Source: Gammaproteobacteria bacterium (GTDB taxonomy: Bacteria > Pseudomonadota > Gammaproteobacteria > GCA-001735895). Taken from it: a stretch of DNA of 64,000 nucleotides. A program made the position numbers and the translations under genes. The notes below the pieces were generated by a model that ran no database searches, had not been told where the DNA came from, and saw only the letters and a program-made list of their open reading frames with translations. The stretch lies in NCBI GenBank assembly GCA_050298595.1, contig JBNKUM010000075.1:1-64000 (forward strand), given 5' to 3'. This document shows positions 9,099-18,905 of the stretch, piece by piece. Each line of letters begins with the position of its first letter. Within the stretch, counting starts at the first letter, position 1.

Positions 9099-9857
9099 TT
9101 ATGGGATATTCTGGTGCAGTAATTTTAATTCTGAAAATAATGCCTGCATGGTTGGGTTGTGGATGAATGAGATATTGTAGGGGTGTTCACTGCGTATGAC
9201 TCGATAAGCCTCTGAGGCAGGTAGTGCTATTATTTTTTCGGCAATTTTTCCCCATAGCAGCAGCTTTGGCGTGTTATCCATGCGGGCCTTTATCTCGCGC
9301 AATAATTGATTGATAAAAGCACTCCAGTAGCGAGACTCTTTATTTACTGCGCGCGAGTTATGCAGCACGGGGGTGGCATTGAATAATAAAAAGCCACGTT
9401 GTTGTAGCACTTCAAACAGCTCTGGCAGGGTGCTGATGAGTGATTGTTTATCAACCTCAGCAATCATTGCCTGGGGGATGCTGCCATCATCTAAAGGGGT
9501 GATCAGGCCTTCAGCCAGTAAAGCGGTTTTGATGATGTTGCGTAATGACGTAGCTCGATTAACCGCTTTGCTCAGGCCTGTTTCAGACCAGATGTCATTC
9601 ACTGCGGCATCGTAAAAGGCTATGCCATTGGCAGATTCAGCGCGAGGGTAGGGCGACTCTCCAAACAGGATATATTTACAGTCATTCAGATTACGTTGAA
9701 ACGCCGCCAGCAGACGGTCTTTTCCAGGTAGCCAGTCTTCGACATCGAGTAAACTCTGCAGGTATTGCTGGTCCATACAGCAAAGTGCAGATTTTAACAG
9801 CGGGCGCCACTCGGCATGCACGCTGGATGCATCCAGTAGTGTTTCGATGACAGACAT
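9099..9857 (-). CDS. Uracil-DNA glycosylase superfamily protein (family-1-like, GESPY variant)
   Basis: GESPYP, ANGIAF, LLFNA, LLWG and HPY align with UNG GQDPY, AHGLxF, LLLN, LLWG and HPS; ATG lies 1 nt after the uraD stop. Confidence 0.8.
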   Translation of the reverse strand: MSVIETLLDASSVHAEWRPLLKSALCCMDQQYLQSLLDVEDWLPGKDRLLAAFQRNLNDCKYILFGESPYPRAESANGIAFYDAAVNDIWSETGLSKAVNRATSLRNIIKTALLAEGLITPLDDGSIPQAMIAEVDKQSLISTLPELFEVLQQRGFLLFNATPVLHNSRAVNKESRYWSAFINQLLREIKARMDNTPKLLLWGKIAEKIIALPASEAYRVIRSEHPYNISFIHNPTMQALFSELKLLHQNIP

Positions 9858-9858
9858 T

Positions 9859-10368
9859 TTAGTCTGCAATTAATTCTTTGAGTCGGAATTCTGCGATACG
9901 TCCAATCTGCTCGATACAGGCATCGAACTCCTGTTCCAGCGAATTGTTAACCCTCTCTTGCATAGAGGTCAGGATATCGTGTCGAGTCAGGCCTTTAACC
10001 GCGATTACAAATGGGAAGCCAAACTTGTCGAGATACTGCTGGTTAAGGCTTTGTAGCTGGGATAATTCTTCTGCCGTGCAATGGTTTAGGCCAGCACAGG
10101 TCTGCTCTTTTTTAGAGTGATCAGTGAGTGAGCCCTGATCGGCTTCCTTACCTGCTAGTTGAGGGTGGTTGCATATTAATTTAAGGCGGTCAGCCTGAGG
10201 GCTTTGTTTTACCAGATCGAACATGTACTGCAATAAGCTGTCGACCGAAGCAAAGGGTCGAAACTCATAAGTTTGTTTGGCCACCCAGGGTGAGTGTTCA
10301 AAAATGCTGCCTAGTGTATTGGTAAATTCAATTTCTGGCAGTTGATTCAATTCTTTGAGTGTCAGCAT
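9859..10368 (-). CDS. uraD: OHCU decarboxylase
   Basis: IFEHSPWVA, HPQLAG, S..EQ..AGL and KFGFPFVIAV motifs. Confidence 0.95.
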   Translation of the reverse strand: MLTLKELNQLPEIEFTNTLGSIFEHSPWVAKQTYEFRPFASVDSLLQYMFDLVKQSPQADRLKLICNHPQLAGKEADQGSLTDHSKKEQTCAGLNHCTAEELSQLQSLNQQYLDKFGFPFVIAVKGLTRHDILTSMQERVNNSLEQEFDACIEQIGRIAEFRLKELIAD

Positions 10369-10370
10369 AG

Positions 10371-11306
10371 TTAAACCGTTGGTTGATATGGGTGTTGATT
10401 AATCCAGTGACGAGCAATATCGTCACGGCGACAGATCCAGACATTCTGATGCGATTGAACGTAATCCAGAAAACGTTGCAACGCTGCAAAGCGGCCCGGA
10501 CGGCCGGCCAGTCGGCAATGTAAACCGATGGATAGCATTTTGGGTGAGTATTCACCTTCTACATACAGTACATCAAAACTATCGCGCAGGTAATTATAAA
10601 AGTGTTCGCCGGTGTTAAAGCCCTGGGGCGTGGCAAAGCGCATATCATTGGTATCCAGGGTATAGGGAACCACCAGATGGGGCCTGGGCGGCAGCTCAGG
10701 ATCCGGTAGATCTACCAACGTCCAGAAAGGAAGCTCATCTCCATAGTAATCGGAGTCATACATAAAGCCGCCATGCTCGACCACCAGGCTACGCGTGTTG
10801 GGGCTGTCACGACCGGTGTACCAGCCCAGAGGCGCTTCACCAGTGAGGTTTTTCAGTATCGTGACTGCCTGTTGCATATGTGCGCGTTCGGTATAGATAT
10901 CTATCTTCTGATAATGAATCCAGCGTAAACCGTGGCAGGCGATCTCGTGGCCGAGCTGTTGAAAATGGTCTACCAGGTTCGGGTTGCGTTGCAATGCTTC
11001 GGCTACCGCAAAAATGGTCATCGGAAGACCGCGACGATCAAATTCACGCAGAATTCGCCATACGCCGACCCTGGATCCATATTCATACATCGATTCCATG
11101 CTCATATGTCGGTCGTAGTAGGGCTCTGCACCGACTATCTCTGATAAAAACTGCTCAGAGGTATCATCATCATGCAGTACGCAGCTTTCAGCGCCTTCTT
11201 CGTAATTGAGCACGAATTGAACGGCAATTCTGGCATCGTTTGGCCAGTTAGCCTGGGGAGGGTTCTGGCCGTAGCCGACCAGATCTCTGGGGTAATATTT
11301 ATTCAT
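10371..11306 (-). CDS. puuE: Allantoinase PuuE (polysaccharide deacetylase fold)
   Basis: YPRDLVGYG, FVLNYEEG, YEYGSRVG, GWYTGR and GLHCRLAGRPGR motifs. Confidence 0.95.
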   Translation of the reverse strand: MNKYYPRDLVGYGQNPPQANWPNDARIAVQFVLNYEEGAESCVLHDDDTSEQFLSEIVGAEPYYDRHMSMESMYEYGSRVGVWRILREFDRRGLPMTIFAVAEALQRNPNLVDHFQQLGHEIACHGLRWIHYQKIDIYTERAHMQQAVTILKNLTGEAPLGWYTGRDSPNTRSLVVEHGGFMYDSDYYGDELPFWTLVDLPDPELPPRPHLVVPYTLDTNDMRFATPQGFNTGEHFYNYLRDSFDVLYVEGEYSPKMLSIGLHCRLAGRPGRFAALQRFLDYVQSHQNVWICRRDDIARHWINQHPYQPTV

Positions 11307-11319
11307 GGTTTAGCGCCTT

Positions 11320-11997
11320 TTACTTACTGTTTACTGGCCCAAGTATCTCAGCCAGATCCAATAATGGTTTTGCTTTCTCTATATTAAACATTTTTTCCAG
11401 ATGTGACAGGTGTTCATCCATTAACTGGGTCGCTTTCTCGCAATCCTTATTCACCAGAGCTTTAACAATGTCATGATGTTCGTGATTGACGCAGCCGTTG
11501 GGTGGTAGTTGACCAATGCTGGAAATCATTACCAATGGAGTGCGATTAATGATTTCGACCAGGAATTCTTCGCTAACCCGGTTTCCGGCGAGCTCTGCCA
11601 GTAATTTATGGAATCCGGCAGAGAGTCTAACCCCTAGTTTGTTGTTACCGCTCTCGTAAGCCTTTTGTTCTTCCTGTAGCAGGGTGTTGAGTTGATGTCG
11701 CTGTTCGGGGGTGATGCCCTGACAGAGCGAGGCTACCACCGATTTTTCCAGAACTCTGCGCGTTGCGAACAGGTCGCGTCCTTCCTGCGCACTGGGTTGA
11801 GCCACCTGAGCACCAATATTGGGCAGGTGTTCGATGAGCTTGTTGTGGGCCAGTTTTGTAAGTACCTTACGAATCAGCCCGCGTTTAACGCCATAGATTT
11901 CGGCCAGATGCGCCTCACGCAGACGCGTGCCGGGCGTTAGGCGGTGTTCTGTAATGGCCTGTTCTATGGATTCAAAAATCCGTTGTTCCTGTTTCAT
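11320..11997 (-). CDS. GntR (FadR/FCD) family regulator of the purine cluster
   Basis: wHTH (LTPGTRLRE..LA..YGV.R) plus FCD domain (FH..LAE.AGN, EH..IV.AL); probable start ATG 11997. Confidence 0.9.
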   Translation of the reverse strand: MKQEQRIFESIEQAITEHRLTPGTRLREAHLAEIYGVKRGLIRKVLTKLAHNKLIEHLPNIGAQVAQPSAQEGRDLFATRRVLEKSVVASLCQGITPEQRHQLNTLLQEEQKAYESGNNKLGVRLSAGFHKLLAELAGNRVSEEFLVEIINRTPLVMISSIGQLPPNGCVNHEHHDIVKALVNKDCEKATQLMDEHLSHLEKMFNIEKAKPLLDLAEILGPVNSK

Positions 11998-12025
11998 GAT
12001 GGGGATAATCGGTGGTCTAAAATAA

Positions 12026-12064
12026 ATTGTCAACAATCTGGTGCATTATTGTTAACAATATTGT
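12026..12064. promoter_or_regulatory. Tandem TTGT-N2-ACAA palindromic operators
   Basis: attgtcaacaat (12026-12037) and perfect tattgttaacaata (12047-12060) between divergent gntR and uraH. Confidence 0.7.
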
Positions 12065-12110
12065 AGGCTAGTTCGAATTCTGTGAATCAGCTCAGCAGGG
12101 GGAGTAAGTA

Positions 12111-12464
12111 ATGGGGCGTTTGACTACGCATGTTCTAGATACAGCAAACGGTTGCCCGGCAGCGAATGTCAGGGTGGAGCTGTATCGTTTGAACGATGAT
12201 CAAAAGGAATTGATTGTTCAGTCCGTTACCAATGATGATGGTCGGCTGGACCAGCCTCTGCTTGAAGGTGATACGCTTGAGCCGGGTGTTTACGAACTGC
12301 TATTTCATGCCAACGAATACTATGCAGCACTGGGTACCGAGTTACCCGATCCCGCCTTTGTTCAACAGGTAGTCATCCGCTTCGGGGTTGCCGATGCCAC
12401 AGCGCATTATCATGTGCCACTGCTGGTTTCTCCCTGGAGCTACTCAACCTATCGCGGCAGCTAA
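12111..12464 (+). CDS. uraH: 5-hydroxyisourate hydrolase
   Basis: LTTHVLDTA.G.PA, HYHVPLL and C-terminal YRGS. Confidence 0.97.
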   Translation: MGRLTTHVLDTANGCPAANVRVELYRLNDDQKELIVQSVTNDDGRLDQPLLEGDTLEPGVYELLFHANEYYAALGTELPDPAFVQQVVIRFGVADATAHYHVPLLVSPWSYSTYRGS

Positions 12465-12467
12465 CGG

Positions 12468-14003
12468 ATGACTGTTGCAGATTTAGTACAAACTTCCCAG
12501 ACTGCCGTGCGATTCGTACTGGACGGAGAGGTTATCAATGCAGCAGGTTTCAGCCCTGCCACTACGGTACTTCAATATCTGCGTGAAATAGCCTATCGAC
12601 CGGGTACTAAAGAAGGCTGTGCAGAAGGCGATTGTGGCGCCTGTACCGTGGTGCTGGGTGAGCTGGTCGATGGCCGAATAAGGCTACGTAGCGTAAATGC
12701 CTGTATCCAGTTATTGCCGATGCTGCATGGCAAGGCCCTGTTTACTGTTGAGTCCCTAAAATCACTTAAAGATGGGTCATTGCATCCCGTGCAGCAAGCG
12801 CTGGTAGATAACCATGCTTCACAATGCGGGTTCTGTACCCCCGGATTCGTCATGTCGCTATTTGCTTTGTTTAAAACCAATGCCGCGCCGGATCGAGCAC
12901 AAATCAACGATGCCCTGTCAGGTAATCTATGTCGATGTACGGGTTACAGGCCCATAATCCAGGCAGCAGAACAAATGGCTTCACTGGCAGACTCTGATAA
13001 CTGGATGGCCAGCCCTGCTACGGATCAATCACCGATTGAGCCTGAAGAGCAGGCGCTGGTGGATCTCCTAAGCGATATACAAGGCCCTGAAACGCTGCAT
13101 ATACAGCATGATGATATGCAGTATTACGCACCAGCCACTGTTGACGCGTTGGCTGATTTATACCTCCAGTACCCGCATGCCACGCTGGTCGCGGGTAACA
13201 CCGATGTGGGTTTATGGATCAATAAACAACTGCGAAAATTACCCTTGATGATCTCGCTGGCAGGGGTGCAGGAGTTGAAGACCATCCGCATAGATCAGGA
13301 TGCGATTAGCATATCTGCAGGGGTAAGCGTGACGGATGCCTTTGCTGCGATACAGCAACACTTTCCGGCGTTGAAAGATCTGTTTAGACGCTTTGCATCG
13401 ATGCCAGTACGTAATGCGGCGACTCTGGTGGGTAACATCGCCAATGGCTCACCCATCGGTGACTCGATGCCGATACTGATTGCTCTGCAATCCGAGATAC
13501 AGTTACGTCAGGGCAGTAATGAACGCGTTCTGGCACTGCAGGATTTCTATCTGGGTTACCAGCAAAAAGATTTGCGCGCTGGAGAATTTGTACAGGCATT
13601 GCGTATTCCACTCAAGCAGCAACAGTATCAAATGGCCAGTTATAAGGTGAGCAAACGCTTCGATCAGGATATCTCAGCCGTATGCGCTGCATTTGTACTG
13701 GGGCTGGATGATGCTGGCAAGGTCGTGCATATTCGAATTGCCTTTGGCGGTATGGCGGCAATCCCCGCGCGAGCTACGCAGTGTGAGGCTGCACTGCTGG
13801 GTCAGGTCTGGGAGCAATCCACAATTGATGTTGCTCGCGCCAGGCTGGCTGAAGATTTTTCACCCTTGTCAGATATGCGTGCTTCTGCCGATTACCGACA
13901 GCGCGTGGCACAGAATTTATTGCAGCGTTTTTATCTGCAAACCCTGAATGAAGGAACTGAACAGTCGCTACAGCTCACTGACCTGCAGCAGGTGGTAAGA
14001 TGA
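12468..14003 (+). CDS. xdhA: Xanthine dehydrogenase 2Fe-2S/FAD subunit
   Basis: GTKEGCAEGDCGAC, QCGFCTPG, GNLCRCTGY and SKRFDQDIS motifs. Confidence 0.97.
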   Translation: MTVADLVQTSQTAVRFVLDGEVINAAGFSPATTVLQYLREIAYRPGTKEGCAEGDCGACTVVLGELVDGRIRLRSVNACIQLLPMLHGKALFTVESLKSLKDGSLHPVQQALVDNHASQCGFCTPGFVMSLFALFKTNAAPDRAQINDALSGNLCRCTGYRPIIQAAEQMASLADSDNWMASPATDQSPIEPEEQALVDLLSDIQGPETLHIQHDDMQYYAPATVDALADLYLQYPHATLVAGNTDVGLWINKQLRKLPLMISLAGVQELKTIRIDQDAISISAGVSVTDAFAAIQQHFPALKDLFRRFASMPVRNAATLVGNIANGSPIGDSMPILIALQSEIQLRQGSNERVLALQDFYLGYQQKDLRAGEFVQALRIPLKQQQYQMASYKVSKRFDQDISAVCAAFVLGLDDAGKVVHIRIAFGGMAAIPARATQCEAALLGQVWEQSTIDVARARLAEDFSPLSDMRASADYRQRVAQNLLQRFYLQTLNEGTEQSLQLTDLQQVVR

Positions 14004-16303
14004 GCCAGAAGGCATGCTCAGAAAAATCTGTTAAGCATGAATCAGCTCATTTGCATGTAGCCGGTGAAGCGGTATTCGTTGACGATATCGCTGAATTATC
14101 CGGCACGCTCTATGCCGCCTTATATCCCAGCCCACAGGCGCATGCCCGAATTCTCAGTATGGATTTATCAGCGGTAGCTGCAGCGCAGGGTGTGGTAGCA
14201 ACCTTTACTGCAGAGGATATTCCGGGCAGCAACAACTGTGGCCCGATATTGCATGACGATGTCATTCTGGCAGATGGCGTGGTGAATTATATTGGCCAGC
14301 CAGTGTTTATGGTGGTTGCCGATAGCTATCTGAACGCCCGTAATGCAGTACTGTTAGCAAACATAGAATATGAACCTCTGCCTGCCGTGCTTTCGGTACG
14401 TGAAGCAGACAGGCTGCAGCAATATGTAATACCTGAGATGCGTCTAACCTCTGCGGGTATTGACGAAGCCATGCGACAGGCGGATTGCCGCCTCAAGGGG
14501 CAACTTGCACTTGGTGGACAGGAACATTTTTATCTGGAAGGCCAGGTGGCCTATGCGATTCCAAAAGAAGATGGCTGTCTGCAGATATATAGCTCAACCC
14601 AGCACCCCAGCGAAATGCAGCAACTGGTTGCGCATATGCTGCAACGCGATGCCAGTCAGGTATTAGTTGAAATACGGCGCATGGGTGGTGGCTTTGGCGG
14701 TAAGGAATCACAGTCAGCCTTATTCTGTTGTGCAGCGGCCCTGGCGGCTGCAAAACTAAACCGCCCGGTTAAATGTCGTCTGGATAGAGATGACGATATG
14801 CTGATGACCGGCAAGCGTCACCATTTTGAATTTGACTATGAAGTTGCCTATGACAGGCAGGGCGGCTTAAAGGCACTCAGCCTGGATATGCTGGTTGGCG
14901 CAGGTTGCACGGCTGATCTATCCGGGCCAGTGGCCACACGCGCAGTGTGCCATGTGGATAATGCCTATTTTCTTGAACAGGTCGACATCAGCGCGCGTTG
15001 CTGTAAAACCAATACCCAGTCGAATACCGCGTTTCGGGGTTTCGGTGGGCCGCAGGGGGCATTTGCCACAGAGTATGTGATTGATAATATTGCGCGTGAA
15101 CTGGGTATGGATGCACTGGATGTGCGCAAGCAGAATTTTTATGGGACAGAGTCAAGAAATGTTACACCCTATGGTCAGTTGGTAGAAGATAATGTCATTC
15201 ATCAACTGGTGAGCCAGCTGGAAGCGAGTAGTGACTATCGAAATAGGCGCCAGCAGGTAATCGATTTTAACAAAACCTCGTTGGTGATTAAAAAGGGGAT
15301 TGCGTTTACGCCAGTTAAGTTCGGTATCTCATTTAACGTAGTTCATTTTAATCAGGCGGGTGCTCTGGTACATGTGTATACCGATGGTTCGGTACTGGTC
15401 AATCATGGTGGGACCGAAATGGGGCAGGGCCTGAACACCAAGGTAGCGCAGGTAGTGGCGGGTGAGTTAGGAATATCTATCAAACGGGTCAGAGCTGCAG
15501 CAACGGATACCAGCAAGGTTGCTAATACTTCAGCCACTGCTGCATCTACCGGTTCTGATCTAAACGGCAAGGCTGCGCAGAATGCTGCACAGCAGATCAG
15601 GCAGCGACTGACTGATTTTATCAGTGAACAATATTTAGTTTCGCCTGAGCAGATTACTTTCGGTGCAGACAGGGTTGTGTTTGCTGATCAAAGTTTAAGC
15701 TTTGATGATCTGGTGATGCTGGCCTATCAATCCCGTGTACAGTTATGGTCGGATGGTTTTTATAAAACCCCGGGTCTGAGCTGGGATAAAGATAGCTTAA
15801 CCGGTAGCCCCTTCTATTATTACGCCTATGGAGCTTCGGTAAGTGAGGTAGCGATAGATAGCTTAACCGGCGAGAGTGTTCTGTTGCGTGTCGATCTATT
15901 GCATGATGCGGGTAACTCTATTAATCCGGCACTAGATAAAGGTCAGGTAGAAGGTGCCTATATTCAGGGCATGGGCTGGTTGACTTCAGAGCAACTGGTC
16001 TGGAATGACAGTGGCCGTTTGACGACGCATGCTCCGTCAACCTATAAGATTCCATCAGCGGCTGATGTGCCAACCACGTTTAATGTAAGCCTGTTTGAAA
16101 ACAGCAATGTGAAAGATACGATCCTGCGTTCCAAAGCCGTCGGAGAACCTCCCCTGTTGTTAGGCTTTTCGGCCTTCTTTGCGATTAGAGATGCCATTGC
16201 CAGTGTGGCTGATTACAGAATTAATCCACCGTTGAATGCGCCTGCGACTGCAGAAGCGATATTAAACGCGGTTGATTATTGCCAGGATGTAAACAATGGA
16301 TAA
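14000..16303 (+). CDS. xdhB: Xanthine dehydrogenase molybdopterin subunit
   Basis: QEHFYLE, RMGGGFGGKE, AFRGFGGPQ and SKAVGEPP motifs. Confidence 0.97.
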   Translation: MSQKACSEKSVKHESAHLHVAGEAVFVDDIAELSGTLYAALYPSPQAHARILSMDLSAVAAAQGVVATFTAEDIPGSNNCGPILHDDVILADGVVNYIGQPVFMVVADSYLNARNAVLLANIEYEPLPAVLSVREADRLQQYVIPEMRLTSAGIDEAMRQADCRLKGQLALGGQEHFYLEGQVAYAIPKEDGCLQIYSSTQHPSEMQQLVAHMLQRDASQVLVEIRRMGGGFGGKESQSALFCCAAALAAAKLNRPVKCRLDRDDDMLMTGKRHHFEFDYEVAYDRQGGLKALSLDMLVGAGCTADLSGPVATRAVCHVDNAYFLEQVDISARCCKTNTQSNTAFRGFGGPQGAFATEYVIDNIARELGMDALDVRKQNFYGTESRNVTPYGQLVEDNVIHQLVSQLEASSDYRNRRQQVIDFNKTSLVIKKGIAFTPVKFGISFNVVHFNQAGALVHVYTDGSVLVNHGGTEMGQGLNTKVAQVVAGELGISIKRVRAAATDTSKVANTSATAASTGSDLNGKAAQNAAQQIRQRLTDFISEQYLVSPEQITFGADRVVFADQSLSFDDLVMLAYQSRVQLWSDGFYKTPGLSWDKDSLTGSPFYYYAYGASVSEVAIDSLTGESVLLRVDLLHDAGNSINPALDKGQVEGAYIQGMGWLTSEQLVWNDSGRLTTHAPSTYKIPSAADVPTTFNVSLFENSNVKDTILRSKAVGEPPLLLGFSAFFAIRDAIASVADYRINPPLNAPATAEAILNAVDYCQDVNNG

Positions 16304-17348
16304 GTGGTTGATTGAGCTTGATCGATTGAGCAGCAATCAACAGCCGCTGGTGCTGGTTACCGTGGCATCGGCCAGGGGGTCAACACCGCGTGAGCCGGGT
16401 GCAAAGATGCTGGTCACTGAGCAGCAGATTTTTTGCACCATTGGCGGCGGAAATCTTGAGTACCAGGCAATCCAGATCGCACGCAATATGCTGGCGTATA
16501 ATTCGTCCAATGTCCTGCAGCGTTTTTCTCTGGGGGCCGGGTTGGGGCAGTGTTGTGGCGGCGTGGTGAGTCTGTTATTCGAATGCATACAGCAGCGTGA
16601 CCCATGGATTGATCAATTGCTTGACTATCAACAACAGGGTCAGCCTTGCGTACAGGTCATACCGCTGGCTGGAGATAAGGTGCAAGCGCGATATATAGTT
16701 GCTGAGAATAACCCCGGCAACTCAGTGGCAGATGGTTTTGCGCGTCAGTTATTGCTCGAGCAGGGCAGTTGTCAAATCAAATCGTTTGAGAATATTGAGA
16801 CTAGTCAATCCTATGTTTTTGATCCGCTAATAGCAGGTGACTTTCATGTGTATCTGTTCGGTGCTGGCCATGTAGGTCGAGCTCTGGTGGATCATCTTAG
16901 CCTGCAGGAGTTACACATCAGCTGGGTGGATACACGCGATAATCAATTCCCTGATGTGCTGCCGGATAATGTAGTAAGCTGTTGCACCGATACCCCGGAA
17001 TCGATTATTGACGAGGCCGCTGCCGGTAGCTATTTTGTGGTGATGACGCATGACCATCAACTGGATCAGCATCTGTGTGAGCAAATCCTTAAGCGCGATG
17101 ATTTTAATTATCTGGGGTTGATCGGTTCGTTGACCAAACGCAGGAAATTTGAACATCGCATGCAGCATAGAGGTATCACCGCAGAGTCGTTAAGGCGTAT
17201 GACCTGCCCGATCGGTATTTCTGGTATCAGTTCGAAAAAGCCGGCGGCAATCGGGCTGGCAGTATGTGCTCAGATCGTCCAGATCCATCAGCAAGCGCAG
17301 CTACTACAGCAGCTAGCTCCTGTGACTGAGTGCCTGCTCAAGGCGTAA
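16296..17348 (+). CDS. xdhC: Xanthine dehydrogenase accessory protein
   Basis: GSTPRE.GAKM, TIGGGNLE, LGQCCGG and GLIGS.TK motifs. Confidence 0.95.
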   Translation: MDKWLIELDRLSSNQQPLVLVTVASARGSTPREPGAKMLVTEQQIFCTIGGGNLEYQAIQIARNMLAYNSSNVLQRFSLGAGLGQCCGGVVSLLFECIQQRDPWIDQLLDYQQQGQPCVQVIPLAGDKVQARYIVAENNPGNSVADGFARQLLLEQGSCQIKSFENIETSQSYVFDPLIAGDFHVYLFGAGHVGRALVDHLSLQELHISWVDTRDNQFPDVLPDNVVSCCTDTPESIIDEAAAGSYFVVMTHDHQLDQHLCEQILKRDDFNYLGLIGSLTKRRKFEHRMQHRGITAESLRRMTCPIGISGISSKKPAAIGLAVCAQIVQIHQQAQLLQQLAPVTECLLKA

Positions 17349-17365
17349 TAAGAGATCATCAAAAT

Positions 17366-18905
17366 ATGAGTGTAGATGCAGAATATTTGATTGAATTAAA
17401 AGGTATGACCAAAGCTTTCCCTGGTGTACTGGCAAATGATGCCGTGGACCTGAGGATTCGACCTGGTGAAGTGCATGCACTACTGGGGGAGAATGGCGCT
17501 GGCAAGTCTACTCTGGTGAAGATGATTTATGGGATTCTAAAGCAGGATAGCGGACAGATTTATTTCAACGGCAAGGCTGTTGAGATTGATACACCAGCGC
17601 AGGCGCGTGAGCTGGGTATTGCCATGGTGTTTCAGCATTTCTCGCTATTTGATTCATTGTCGGTGGTGGAAAATATTTCGCTGGGCATGGATAAGGCCGT
17701 GGATATGGGCAAGCTGGCGACCGATATCACAGAGATTTCAGAGCGCTATGGCCTGCCACTGGATCCTCATCGACATGTATACACGTTATCGGTGGGTGAG
17801 CGTCAGCGCATAGAAATCATCCGCTGCCTGTTACAGAACCCCAGGCTGCTGGTGATGGATGAGCCAACCTCGGTATTGACGCCGCAGGAGGTACAGAAGT
17901 TATTTGTCACCCTGAAAAGACTGTCTGAAGAAGGTTTATCAATTCTCTATATCAGCCATAAGCTGGATGAAATCAAGGCGCTGTGTCACCACGCCACCAT
18001 TCTACGTCTGGGTAAAAGAGTCGACACCGTGAACGTCGATGAAGAAAGCACTTCGACTCTGGCAGCGATGATGATGGGTGAAGAGCTGGTGGTGCTGGAA
18101 AAAGAGACCGATATAAAAACCGGCGAAGTACGCCTTAAGGTCGAGGCGCTGAATATGCCTGTCATCGACAGTACTGGCATCGCGTTGACAGATATTCATC
18201 TAGAGGTTCGCGCTGGCGAAGTGGTGGGCATCGCTGGCGTCGCTGGCAATGGGCAGGATGAGTTGCTTAAGGCGTTAAATGGGGAAGAAAGAAGCGGGAA
18301 TGCATCCTGCATTATTATTGAAGGTCAACACTCGGGCAAACTGGACCCTAACGCGAGGCGCAAGGCAGGCATGGCCAGTGTACCGGAGAAAAGACTCGGT
18401 CACGGTGCTGTACCGGACATGAATCTGGTTGATAATGCATTTATGACCGCGTTTCATCGCATGCAGCTATTAGCCAAAGGGTTGATAAATTACCCCAAAA
18501 CACGCGACTTTGCTGAGCATGTGATTAAGCAGTATGCAGTGAAGACACCTGATTCGAATGTGCCAGCCGGGAGTTTATCCGGTGGCAATTTACAGAAATT
18601 TATTATTGGTCGTGAGCTGATGCAGAAGCCAGATATCCTGATTGTTTCGCAACCCACCTGGGGGGTGGATGCAGGCGCTGCACAAACCATACATCAGGCC
18701 TTACGCGAGCTGGCTAAAAATGGAGCTGCAGTACTGGTGATATCACAGGACCTGGATGAATTGATGGCATTATCGGACCGTATTGGAGCGATTTGCGGGG
18801 GGGCGCTTATCCCGCTTTTACCCAACCGCTGATATGACGATTGAAAAAGTGGGTCTGCTGATGGCTGGTGTGACTCTGGAAGAGGGTGATCAAGATGCTG
18901 CCTAG
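17366..18905 (+). CDS. Purine/nucleoside ABC transporter ATPase, frameshifted near the 3' end in this sequence
   Basis: GENGAGKS, LSVGERQR and LSGGNLQK motifs; as written it stops at 18832; removing one G from G7 (18797-18803) gives ...GGRLSRFYPTADMTIEKVGLLMAG... ending at 18905. Confidence 0.9.

Noticed and set aside
15790-15870. 15-bp direct repeat agatagcttaaccgg inside xdhB
   Set aside because: Both copies encode DSLTG in an intact gene; no sign of a mobile or regulatory role.
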